A stretch of 64,000 nucleotides of DNA from Candidatus Saccharimonadia bacterium (GTDB lineage Bacteria > Patescibacteriota > SICC01), in the NCBI GenBank assembly GCA_025449535.1, contig JANWJF010000001.1, forward strand, positions 549,136 to 613,135, read 5' to 3'. Shown here piece by piece: positions 8,696-17,510 of this stretch (position 1 is its first letter; every line of letters begins with the position of its first letter). The notes under the pieces were generated by a model. It was not told the origin of the DNA. It made no database searches and saw only the letters and a list, made by a program, of their open reading frames with translations. The position numbers and the translations under genes were made by a program.

Positions 8696-9861
8696 GCGTC
8701 CGGATCGCCGTCAACGGGCTGTTCCTCGGCCGACCGCACACCGGCATGGGACGATACACCCTCGGGTTGCTCAAGGCGCTGCCCGCCGCGATGAAGGATG
8801 CCGAGTTCGTCGTCTTCGTGCCGGACAAGCCGGACCCGTCCCTGAAGCTGCCGCCAGGGGTTCGGGCCGTCGTCGTACCGACCAAACGCTCCCTCCTTGG
8901 CCGTGGCAAGGCGGTCGACGAGTGGGAACGGAACAAGCTCGGCCTGGCAGCCAGCCAACTTAAGGCGCACCTGATCTTCCAACCGTACCCGACCCCGCCG
9001 ACCCGGAACCCGTACCAGGTCCCGGTCGCGATGGCGGTGCACGACATGATCCCCTGGCAGCTGTCGCGCTACCGTCGTTCGCTGCGCAGCCGTCTGAAGC
9101 TCCGCGGGGTACTCGACGGCATCCGCCGGGCGGACCGTATCGTCACCGTCAGCCGGGCATCCGCCGGGGCGGTCACTTGGGCGAGCAAGGTGCCGGCCGA
9201 CCGGATCAGCGTCACGTACGAAGGGTTGGAGCCGGAGTACTCCCGGAGGCCGTCCGCCGCCGCGATCGCCGCGGCCCGGAAGCGCTACGGTCTGCAGCGG
9301 CCGTTCGTGTTCTATATCGGCGGCTACGACTTCCGGAAGAACGTCCGAGGGCTGATCGAAGGATTCGCCGCGTCCGGACTGGCCGGCGGCCACGACCTGG
9401 TCCTGGCCGGTGCCGTGACCGCCCCGGCCTCGGCGCTGTACGAGGACTTCCACAAGCTGCCCCAGCTGATCGCCCAGGCCGGCATCGGCGGGCGGACCAA
9501 GGTGCTCGGGTTCGTCTCGGAGGGCGAGAAGCGGGCCCTGCTGGCGGCGGCGGATTCGTTCGCGTTCCCGTCACTGGCGGAAGGCTTCGGGCTTCCGGTC
9601 CTCGAGGCCCTGGCCGCCAAGACGCCCGTCGCCGCGACGGACATCGCCACCAACCAGGAGCTGTTTCCCGGCGCCTACGAGCCGTTCCGGCCGGACCAGA
9701 CGGAGGAGCTCGCGAAGGCGCTCCGGGACGCGACACTGGAGCCGGACTCTGCCAAGGTCGCGCGGGGCACGGAGGCCGTCTCGCGGTACACGTGGTCCGC
9801 CTGCGCGGAGCGCACCGCCCGGGTGTTTTCGGAAATGGTCGCCAGATACCATAAAAAATGA
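8692..9861 (+). CDS. Glycosyltransferase family 4 (group 1)
   Basis: TGMGRY, VHDMIP, RKNVRGLI and FPSLAEGFGLPVLEA motifs. Confidence 0.93.
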   Translation: MSVRIAVNGLFLGRPHTGMGRYTLGLLKALPAAMKDAEFVVFVPDKPDPSLKLPPGVRAVVVPTKRSLLGRGKAVDEWERNKLGLAASQLKAHLIFQPYPTPPTRNPYQVPVAMAVHDMIPWQLSRYRRSLRSRLKLRGVLDGIRRADRIVTVSRASAGAVTWASKVPADRISVTYEGLEPEYSRRPSAAAIAAARKRYGLQRPFVFYIGGYDFRKNVRGLIEGFAASGLAGGHDLVLAGAVTAPASALYEDFHKLPQLIAQAGIGGRTKVLGFVSEGEKRALLAAADSFAFPSLAEGFGLPVLEALAAKTPVAATDIATNQELFPGAYEPFRPDQTEELAKALRDATLEPDSAKVARGTEAVSRYTWSACAERTARVFSEMVARYHKK

Positions 9862-9915
9862 CGCTTGCGGTATCCAACGTAGCGACCGTATACTTTAAAC
9901 GTTAACGGAATACCC

Positions 9916-11151
9916 GTGCCGAACATCCAAAAGAAAATCAAGGGACTGAAGCCGGACGTCCGCAAGTGGTCGAAGCGGCATAAGGTCGTCGTCGGCATCC
10001 TGGCGGCGCTGGTGCTGCTGTACGTCGTCTACGGCATCATCCTCTATGCCACCGGCGGCAGCGACGGGCTGACCCGGTTCGTCTCCAACTTCGCGTACTA
10101 TCCGGCCGCCAAGGTGTTCGCTCCCGGCTTCTGGCCGTTCTTCCTGGGCAGCATCGTCGCCACCGCCATCCTGATCGGATCGGTCGGCCGACTGGCGTAC
10201 CTGTTGATCGGCAAGGGCAAGACGGCCCGCGACGACCTGCTTATCCCGGGTGCCCTGGTCGTGCTCAGTGCGGTCAGCCTGGCCTGGTTGCCGCCCGTCA
10301 CCTCGGCGACGGTCAGCTACGGCGAGTTCCTCGAGCGCGTCGCCACTTTCGACAAGATCCAGTCCGCCCAGCAACAGGCCCAGGGGCTTCCCGCCCAGCA
10401 GGACGCGACGATTCGGCCGTTCGCCCTCCAGCAACTGATCCAACAACGGCTGGTCCAGCAGGTCGGCACGAAGCTCGGCATCTCGGTCAGCGACCAGAAG
10501 GTCGACGAGGCCTACAAGGAGCAAGCCCAGCGTGTGCAGGGCGAGAAGGAGTTCAAGCGGTTACTCAAGGAACGCTTGGGCTGGTCACCGCGCGAGTACA
10601 AGCAGGAGCTCCGCACCAACGTCCTGCTGCAGGAAGCGCTGAACGAGAAGATTACCACCGATCCGAAGCTCAACAAGGACGCCAAGGATAAGGCGGACAA
10701 GGCGCTGCAGGCGCTCAAGGACGGCCAGAGTTTCGCGGCCGTCGCCAAGAAGTATTCCGAGGACCCGACCGCCAGCAAGGGCGGCGCCCAAGGCAAGGTG
10801 AAGCGCGGCGAGCTGGATCCGGCGATCGAGAAGGAAGCCTTCGCGCTGAAGGTCGGCGGCACCAGTAACGTGATCAACGCCCGCCAAGGCTTCGTGATCA
10901 TCAAGGTGAACTCACGGAACGAGCAGACGGTCGACCTCAGCCAGATCCTGGTCGTCGGCAAGAGCGTCACCACGTACTTCCAGGAGATCCTGCCGAAGAC
11001 CAAGGTCTGGGTGATGGTGGACGGGTTGCGCTGGGACAAGACCCTGTTCGTCGTCCAGTCGACCGAACCGCAGCCGCAACAGCAGTTGCCGCAGGTCCAA
11101 GGATCGGGCGCTCCGGCCCCGGCCCAGTCCGGCGCCCCGGCCGCCCGATAG
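9916..11151 (+). CDS. SurA/PrsA-like parvulin peptidyl-prolyl isomerase
   Basis: SurA-like helical region then FAAVAKKYSED...GG...AFALKVG parvulin domain; three N-terminal hydrophobic segments. Confidence 0.85.
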   Translation: MPNIQKKIKGLKPDVRKWSKRHKVVVGILAALVLLYVVYGIILYATGGSDGLTRFVSNFAYYPAAKVFAPGFWPFFLGSIVATAILIGSVGRLAYLLIGKGKTARDDLLIPGALVVLSAVSLAWLPPVTSATVSYGEFLERVATFDKIQSAQQQAQGLPAQQDATIRPFALQQLIQQRLVQQVGTKLGISVSDQKVDEAYKEQAQRVQGEKEFKRLLKERLGWSPREYKQELRTNVLLQEALNEKITTDPKLNKDAKDKADKALQALKDGQSFAAVAKKYSEDPTASKGGAQGKVKRGELDPAIEKEAFALKVGGTSNVINARQGFVIIKVNSRNEQTVDLSQILVVGKSVTTYFQEILPKTKVWVMVDGLRWDKTLFVVQSTEPQPQQQLPQVQGSGAPAPAQSGAPAAR

Positions 11152-11193
11152 CCGCTATCGCCACTCGGTGAATAATCCCGATATACTGGTACG

Positions 11194-11291
11194 GTATGCG
11201 TTTCGCATACGTGCACCTTCGGGGCCGTACTTCGTACGTCCCCTCGTCACTCGGAAATGATCAAGCAAGCTTGTCATTTCTCTCGTTCCTC
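11194..11291 (+). ncRNA. Conserved structured tRNA-leader motif, copy 1
   Basis: Core hairpin GAAATGA-t-CAAG-caag-CTTG-TCATTTC at 11254-11280, 11 nt before tRNA-Asp; upstream GTAC-ttc-GTAC and GTATGCG/CGCATAC hairpins; TATACT at 11182. Confidence 0.75.
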
Positions 11292-11366
11292 GGGGGCGTA
11301 GCTCAGTCTGGTTAGAGCGCCTGCCTGTCACGCAGGAGGTCGCCGGTTCGAGTCCGGTCGTCCCCG
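11292..11366 (+). tRNA. tRNA-Asp(GTC), CCA not encoded
   Basis: GGGGGCG/CGTCCCC acceptor; CCTGC-CTGTCAC-GCAGG anticodon arm. Confidence 0.95.
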
Positions 11367-11390
11367 CATAAGTGGTCTAATATAAAACCC

Positions 11391-11912
11391 ATGCCATTGA
11401 TTTACGTTATGGGAGTTAACGGCTCCGGCAAGTCGACAGTGAGAAAAGAGCTGAGTGCTCGCGGGTACCAAGCGCACGAATTGGATGAGGCTCCTGGGGT
11501 CGGCTTTTACAACAAGCGAACCGGGAAAAAGACTCCGCTAGGAGCGAGAACAAAGGCATGGTATGACCAGCATGAATGGATTATGCCTCGTGAAAAGGCA
11601 GAAGAATTTGCAGCTCGTGCTAAAAATGAGTTGATTTTCCTCTGTGGTGGCGTACATAACGAAAAAGACCTTTGGGATCTCTTTGACGTTGCTATCTATT
11701 TGGACATCGATGAACCGACTGTTCTTAAGCGTGTCAGGGAGCGGTCCAAAGGGACGGGAAAAGCTCCCGCGGAATTAGCCGAGCTTCTAAGGTGGCACGC
11801 AATCGCCAAGGACATTTACCTGAAACGAGGAGCAAAAATTGTAAACTCCGCGCAGCCAATCAAGAAGGTAGTTGATGACGTTTTGTCATTCGTGCCATTA
11901 GTTAAAGACTGA
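11391..11912 (+). CDS. P-loop (shikimate/adenylate kinase-like) protein, visibly AT-richer than the core
   Basis: IYVMGVNGSGKST Walker A; IYLDIDEPTVLKRVRER. Confidence 0.8.
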   Translation: MPLIYVMGVNGSGKSTVRKELSARGYQAHELDEAPGVGFYNKRTGKKTPLGARTKAWYDQHEWIMPREKAEEFAARAKNELIFLCGGVHNEKDLWDLFDVAIYLDIDEPTVLKRVRERSKGTGKAPAELAELLRWHAIAKDIYLKRGAKIVNSAQPIKKVVDDVLSFVPLVKD

Positions 11913-11915
11913 TAA

Positions 11916-11941
11916 CGGTTCGAATCCGGTTGTCCCCGCCA
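11916..11941 (+). repeat. Duplicated 3' end of tRNA-Asp (att-like scar)
   Basis: CGGTTCGAATCCGGTTGTCCCCGCCA vs tRNA CGGTTCGAGTCCGGTCGTCCCCGC (two mismatches). Confidence 0.8.
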
Positions 11942-11952
11942 CAAAATCTGAA

Positions 11953-12366
11953 TTACATCAGGTCTTCTAGCTGTTCAGGAGTAAGCCGTAGTACAACGAA
12001 GGCACCAGAACCCTTAACCAGGTTCGCAGAATGGATGACGTCGGGCGGAATGACTATGACGGCAGGTGATTCTACTTCGCGCTCTTCTTCTCCCACGCGA
12101 ATTCGATACACTAATTCACCCGGGGCTCCAGCTAGTACATTTACCTCAGGAAAGGGGTGTGTATGAGCAATTCCGTATTTTCGTTCTTCTTGAGGGGCAC
12201 CGTCAACGACATGAACTGCAGTGTAAAGCGGCTCACCAGCAAAGTAGCGGCGAATATCAGCGTTGTCGCCATACCCTGCTCGCTCTCCTGTATGGTCCCG
12301 GATATGCGAAATGGGTGTTTCTTCTAGGGGCACAACCACTGATTCAAAACCTTTAGAATGAGTCAT
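11953..12366 (-). CDS. Cupin-fold protein, AT-richer than core
   Basis: HTHPFPEVN and IPPDVIHSAN cupin metal motifs. Confidence 0.75.
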   Translation of the reverse strand: MTHSKGFESVVVPLEETPISHIRDHTGERAGYGDNADIRRYFAGEPLYTAVHVVDGAPQEERKYGIAHTHPFPEVNVLAGAPGELVYRIRVGEEEREVESPAVIVIPPDVIHSANLVKGSGAFVVLRLTPEQLEDLM

Positions 12367-12423
12367 GATGACCGGGGTTAATGACAGCTTAATTTACCAC
12401 TGTTAAGTCAAAAACAAAAGTAA

Positions 12424-13092
12424 TTATTGAGATCTTGGCCTTCTATTCCAGCTCCGCGCCAGGTGGCGCATCTTGGAGTGCCGGGCCAGCAGGGCGAGCG
12501 AGAGAATCGTGACGGCCGCGCCGATCAGCGCCGTCAGCCAGGGGCGGCTGACCAGGAAGTTGCCCGCGTAGACGTCCGCCGCGAGCCGGGGCGCTGCGCC
12601 GGCGACAGTCGCCAGGAGGTAGGTCCTATACCGGATCCGCAGCAGTCCGGCGAAGTAGCTGTACCAATCGAACGTGAATCCGGCGAACAGCCGCAACAGC
12701 ACGATCGACTGCCAGGTGCCGAGCAGTTCGACCTCCTTGAGGTATGCCTGGTACTCTGGCTTGCCACGGAGCCAACGCTCGCCGAGCCAGCGGGCGATCC
12801 AGAAGTTGGCTGACGCGCCTATGGCCTGGGCGGCCAGGACCAGGAGCAACCCCCACAGGGGATCGAACAGCAATCCAGCGGAGATGGTCAGCGGGCGGGT
12901 CGGCAGGGGCGGGACGACCACGCTGACCGCCACGGCCGCCGCGAAGAGCAGTGGACCGAGCAGGCCGCCGTCGAGCGCGGTGCCGTATACTTCGCGCACC
13001 AATGCCGGCACTGGCAGGAGCCAGGCCGTCGCGGACAATGCGAATAAGACGCCGAGCGTCGCGACGAGCCCCAGCCAGTGCTTCCGCGGCAT
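12424..13092 (-). CDS. TVP38/TMEM64 (VTT-domain) membrane protein
   Basis: VVVPPLP...AGLLF...NFWIARWLG...LLRL...SYFAGL...YLLAT pattern. Confidence 0.85.
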   Translation of the reverse strand: MPRKHWLGLVATLGVLFALSATAWLLPVPALVREVYGTALDGGLLGPLLFAAAVAVSVVVPPLPTRPLTISAGLLFDPLWGLLLVLAAQAIGASANFWIARWLGERWLRGKPEYQAYLKEVELLGTWQSIVLLRLFAGFTFDWYSYFAGLLRIRYRTYLLATVAGAAPRLAADVYAGNFLVSRPWLTALIGAAVTILSLALLARHSKMRHLARSWNRRPRSQ

Positions 13093-13093
13093 G

Positions 13094-13279
13094 CTACTCT
13101 TTGACGCCCCGGAACCCGATCAGGGCGACCAGGTAGGTCACGATACAGTTGATGATGACCATCTTCAGGATCGGCAGATCGGGGTCGATCCCGATCAGGA
13201 TCGCCGTGCCGATCCAGACCGCGGAGATCACCCCGGCGGTATACGGGTACTTGATGAAGAGGATGAAGTCCTTAAGCAT
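13094..13279 (-). CDS. Two-TM microprotein (61 aa), paralog of 14750-14908
   Basis: KY-x9-VWI-x31-GF pattern; start overlaps the end of the upstream kinase gene. Confidence 0.75.
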   Translation of the reverse strand: MLKDFILFIKYPYTAGVISAVWIGTAILIGIDPDLPILKMVIINCIVTYLVALIGFRGVKE

Positions 13280-14747
13280 GGGCGGCTCCCCGGATGTGTC
13301 CCTGCAGCTTGCTGAACAAGGCAGGATCCTTCATTGAGACGCGGTCGAGCCACGCCGCGACGACTCCCATCGCCCGGTCCGCGTCCCGGAAGCGCTTGGC
13401 GCCTTCCAATACCGCGTGGTCGGACTCGACTTGATCGATCACCGCCTTGAAGACGTCCGGCATGACCGTGAACTTGCAGTCCAGGCTGTCGACCAACACC
13501 ATGAACAGCTGTCCGGCCCGGACGAAGTTAGGCGACTCGTGGTGCAGCCGGAGGCCGAACCGGTTGTTCTCATTGATGATCCGGTCGAAGATCGTGGTCA
13601 GCATGCCCCGCTGCAGCAGGCGCTGGATGTCGTTCTGGCTGTCCCGGGAGTGGAATCGGCGACTGGCGGCCCGGCCGAGCTCGTCGAGGATGGCGTTGGC
13701 CTGGTCCCGAGCGACGTAGGAGTCCAGGACGTTGATCGCCGCGACGAGGTCCGCGGCGTAGAACCGGAGCGAGGTCACCGCGAAGGACTCGATGTCGAAG
13801 TCGCCGAGGTAGCACTTCCGGTACTCCCGCAGCATGTCGACCACCACGCCCCGATCGGTCGGCGACGGCGCGGAGATGCCGAAGTCGATCAGGCCGACCT
13901 TGTTGTCGCGCATCAGCCGGACGTTGCCCGGATGCGGGTCGCCCTGGATCGAGTCGTGCTTGAAGACGCCGTGAATCAGCTCGAATCCCAATGTCGCCAT
14001 CTGCGTATCCAGATCCGAACCGAGTTGCGCCTGGACGTATTCGGCCGGACTCTTGCCCTTGCGCTTCAGGTCGAGCAACTCGACCGCGGAGATGCCCTCG
14101 ACGTACTCCTGCACCAGGATCTTCCGGGTGGTGAGTTCGGCGAACGTCTTAGGGATTACCAGGTGCGAGTGATCCTTGTACCGTTCGTGCAGGGTAAGGC
14201 CAAAGCCCGCCTCGCGGACGTAGTTGGTCTCCCCGAGCGTCGTCTGCTTGAACTCCTTGAAGAGCATCTTGAGGTCGATCTTCACGTCAGGCTTCAGCAG
14301 GTTGATTACCCGCACCGCGAAGCCGATCAGCCGGAGGTCGAAGGAAAGGCACCGGACCAGACTCGGCCGAAGCGCCTTGATGATCACCCGGTCGCCGCTC
14401 CTGAGCCGCGCCATGTAGACCTGGCCGAAGGAGCCGCCAGCGAACGGCTGCTCGGACTCCAGCTCCAGCTGGCCGGCCTGGGCGCCCAGCTCCGCCTGGA
14501 GCATCCGGCGGATGTCGAGCGGTTCCGTGTCTACGTCCTCGTAGACGCGGAGATGGTCGACGGTCTGCCAGCGGTCGAAGAGGTCGGCGCGTAGCAGCAT
14601 CACCTGCAGGAACTTGATGTAGATGCCGCCGAGCTTGGAGAAGCCCGTGTACAACGTCTCGCCCAGTCGCAGGTCGTTCTGGGTCAGGTGGTAATATCCG
14701 ATCTTGGCGAGGACGCGGATGACGGCAAACAGGCGGAACATGCGCAT
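13272..14747 (-). CDS. ABC1/UbiB (AarF) atypical kinase
   Basis: LGGIYIKFLQ, PFAGGSFGQVY, VIIKALRP, QGDPHPGNV and LIDFG motifs; start moved to ATG 14747 because an upstream ORF ends at 14750. Confidence 0.9.
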   Translation of the reverse strand: MRMFRLFAVIRVLAKIGYYHLTQNDLRLGETLYTGFSKLGGIYIKFLQVMLLRADLFDRWQTVDHLRVYEDVDTEPLDIRRMLQAELGAQAGQLELESEQPFAGGSFGQVYMARLRSGDRVIIKALRPSLVRCLSFDLRLIGFAVRVINLLKPDVKIDLKMLFKEFKQTTLGETNYVREAGFGLTLHERYKDHSHLVIPKTFAELTTRKILVQEYVEGISAVELLDLKRKGKSPAEYVQAQLGSDLDTQMATLGFELIHGVFKHDSIQGDPHPGNVRLMRDNKVGLIDFGISAPSPTDRGVVVDMLREYRKCYLGDFDIESFAVTSLRFYAADLVAAINVLDSYVARDQANAILDELGRAASRRFHSRDSQNDIQRLLQRGMLTTIFDRIINENNRFGLRLHHESPNFVRAGQLFMVLVDSLDCKFTVMPDVFKAVIDQVESDHAVLEGAKRFRDADRAMGVVAAWLDRVSMKDPALFSKLQGHIRGAAHA

Positions 14748-14749
14748 GG

Positions 14750-14908
14750 TCACGCCCGCTGCAGGAACCCTAGCAAGTACAACATGAACGTGAAGGTTAC
14801 GGTGATCGCGTACAGCTCGAAGCGCGCCCCGGTATCCAGGAAGGAGGCGATCACGAGTGACGCGATCCATACAACGACGATACTGATGAGGACGAAGAGG
14901 TACTTCAA
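14750..14908 (-). CDS. Two-TM microprotein (52 aa, not in ORF track)
   Basis: TTG start: MKYLFVLISIVVVWIASLVIASFLDTGARFELYAITVTFTFMLYLLGFLQRA*; aligns without gaps to 13094-13279. Confidence 0.75.
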   Translation of the reverse strand: MKYLFVLISIVVVWIASLVIASFLDTGARFELYAITVTFTFMLYLLGFLQRA

Positions 14909-15019
14909 GAAAACGCGTATTTATCTTCCCCTGTGCCTCAAGGATATCACCTTTTCTCCAAGCACCTGCCACGCCTAGGTTGCAAGTCATCAGGCATGCT
15001 ATCCTTATCCGTTCGCATT

Positions 15020-17476
15020 ATGAATGAAGAGAATCCAGAGTCGGAATGGTTGACTGCCGAAGCCTCCCGGTGGGCGTTCGATGAGACCGTATGGAATCTG
15101 CTTGTAACAGCCCCACATAACCCGCAGGGCCTTACGGTTGGCAGCATGGCGGAATACGTGGCCAGGCGGTATGTCCATCGTGCACGCGGGCTGCCATCAG
15201 AACATACCGATGTCAGTAATGTGGACTTTTCCGGGTTGACCGAAAACGAGCCTTTACCTGGGCCTGAGCCCACCGAACCGGGCGCCAAGCCTGATGATTC
15301 TGGTACCGTCGACTTGGCGAAAGGCGACATCAGTCCCGAAGATCAGAAGGAAATCATGGATTCGTTGATCTTGGCAATCGCCCGGCATTACGACATCCAG
15401 CCCATCGATCTCATGATGGGTGATCGCAAACGCAAGCTCTACAAGCCCCGTCGCGTAGCCTGCTACGCGCTCCGGAACTACGCTAGGATGCCGTTCGATG
15501 ACGTCGCCAGGATCATCGGCGGAACGAGTGCATCGGCGGCATACCAGTCGGCGCTGAGAGTCCGTAGGGAAGATCTTCCTCGGGATATCGAATTACAACG
15601 TGACCTGGTCAGAATCCGCCAGGCCATCCCTCCAGAGCACCGACGTTACATTGCTGACGACGACCTGTTCGACCCGGTCGTGCTTGAAGCGACCGAAGGG
15701 GAGTTCACGCCTGGAGCAATAGAGCCAACCGAGGTCGAGAAGCCGGAAGGAATCCCGGAGGTTCCCATTGGTGACATCATTTTCGAGGTGTGCCGGCAGT
15801 TGGAGGTGACCCAGGAGCAACTGGTCGCCAAGCGGTCTCGGTACGAGAACCGACCGCTGCAAATCGCCGCTTTGCTGGCTGATGAGCTGACCGACTTTTC
15901 ACACGAGAAGATTGGAGCCGAACTGGGAGACCGGTCCGCTCCCGGTATCAAGTCATTGGTGAACCGGGCCGCCCAGGTGATTCCCGACGATCCCGAGTGG
16001 TCCGGACGTTTCCAGGCGGTCAAGGAAGCGCTGCTGATTAGGCATGGCATTCCGGTCGACGGATTGGATGGTGATTCAAGCCAGAATCCGCTGTTCGACA
16101 TGTTGGACGAACCAGGAGAACGGGATGACATCGGGCCGGTCGAAATCGCCCCCGGGGCACCGGAAGCGGCTGAACTCAGTGTCGAGCCCGATGGCCAGTC
16201 TGATGCCGACGAGGAAAAACCGGAAGTCCTGATAGGCGACGAACCGGGGGAAGAAGATGTGGCTCCGGAGGAAGTCGGCGATCCGGAAGGAACGACTGAT
16301 GGTACGGCGGCGGGTGGAGAAAAATTGGCCGAAGAAGTAACCCCGCTTGTGGACGATGAGGAAACTGATGATGAGGCACTCGGCCAGGAGACGATTGAAC
16401 TTTCTACCGAGGGAAGCCGGGCCCAATATACCGAAGAAGGTATCCAAGAGACCATCAAGGCGGTACAAGAAGGGGAAAAGGGTGCGGAAAATGATTTGCT
16501 GTCCAGCCTCCAGCCGAAGTTCGTGGGAGCTGTCGGGGGAGAACGACTTTCGGGATCCAAACGGAATGCCCGCTTAGCGGAGCTCCGCAGCGATGCATTG
16601 GTAGCTGCTAGGCGGTACGACCTTCGTGCGAAGAAACCTATCCTTGAGGCGATTGCAGAGGTGCGGGCGGAGCGGATTCTCCGGCAGGAAAGAACGCAGG
16701 AAGGACTGCAAAAATTGGTGCCTGAACCCTTGCCTGGAGAAACGGACATTGCAAGGGATATCCAAGCTGATTCCGAAGCAGCAGAGCGGCTCCTCCGACA
16801 TTACGATGGAATGATCGACGGCATCACGACCCTTTGTGTCGGCAAGAAGCTCGATGCGGAGGTGAAACAGCTGCTCCGGACGGCCGCAGAAAGCCAATTT
16901 CTGACTGCGGCGAGATACTTTCATACCAGCGGCAATGAGCATTTCGGACTCTGGTGCGCCAAGAGCATCAGCGTCGCCTTGCACAAAGAGATTGAGAAAC
17001 CCAAAGTGGCGGAGCAGCTTGATGCGGCGGAAGAGGAAGCCATCGTGGAAGAGCCGGACGAAACGACCAGTGCAGTCGAGGAACCACCTAAGACAAAACC
17101 CATCTCCACCAAGGCTCCTGTCGTCCTGCCCAAGGACCGGACCGAGCATTTGTTGCCGGTAGGATCCCTGGCGGTCATCGTAGGCAATCAGGAGGAACGG
17201 GTGACCAGGGTTAGGATCAAGGATCCGGAAAAGGACAACACCATAGTGACGAATCTCGAAATACTGGAACAAAATATCAGGGCCAATCCGCACATCATCT
17301 GTGGCACGAATTCACCTGTCCTCATCCCCCTATCGGTACTGGCACGGATACGAGAGGACGACTCGTTTAGAAAGCAATGGCTTGAGCAATGTCACAATGG
17401 GTATACTCCGGATTCGGTCCGGATGATAGAGCGCAACATCGACGCGGCATTGGCTGATCCATTGTTGGCTGCCTAG
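15020..17476 (+). CDS. Large orphan protein with two DnaA domain-IV-like HTH units, an acidic linker and two sigma70 region-2-like units
   Basis: IARHYDIQPIDLMMGDRKRKLYKPRRVACYALR and VCRQLEVTQEQLVAKRSR...QIAALLADELTDFSHEKIGAELGDR resemble Bac_DnaA_C; AVQEGEKGAENDLL...LVAARRYD and EAAERLLRHY...FLTAARYF...FGLWCAKSI resemble sigma region 2. Confidence 0.7.
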   Translation: MNEENPESEWLTAEASRWAFDETVWNLLVTAPHNPQGLTVGSMAEYVARRYVHRARGLPSEHTDVSNVDFSGLTENEPLPGPEPTEPGAKPDDSGTVDLAKGDISPEDQKEIMDSLILAIARHYDIQPIDLMMGDRKRKLYKPRRVACYALRNYARMPFDDVARIIGGTSASAAYQSALRVRREDLPRDIELQRDLVRIRQAIPPEHRRYIADDDLFDPVVLEATEGEFTPGAIEPTEVEKPEGIPEVPIGDIIFEVCRQLEVTQEQLVAKRSRYENRPLQIAALLADELTDFSHEKIGAELGDRSAPGIKSLVNRAAQVIPDDPEWSGRFQAVKEALLIRHGIPVDGLDGDSSQNPLFDMLDEPGERDDIGPVEIAPGAPEAAELSVEPDGQSDADEEKPEVLIGDEPGEEDVAPEEVGDPEGTTDGTAAGGEKLAEEVTPLVDDEETDDEALGQETIELSTEGSRAQYTEEGIQETIKAVQEGEKGAENDLLSSLQPKFVGAVGGERLSGSKRNARLAELRSDALVAARRYDLRAKKPILEAIAEVRAERILRQERTQEGLQKLVPEPLPGETDIARDIQADSEAAERLLRHYDGMIDGITTLCVGKKLDAEVKQLLRTAAESQFLTAARYFHTSGNEHFGLWCAKSISVALHKEIEKPKVAEQLDAAEEEAIVEEPDETTSAVEEPPKTKPISTKAPVVLPKDRTEHLLPVGSLAVIVGNQEERVTRVRIKDPEKDNTIVTNLEILEQNIRANPHIICGTNSPVLIPLSVLARIREDDSFRKQWLEQCHNGYTPDSVRMIERNIDAALADPLLAA

Positions 17477-17510
17477 TCCCCGACACTTCACCAGCATGTA
17501 TGCTGGCCGT

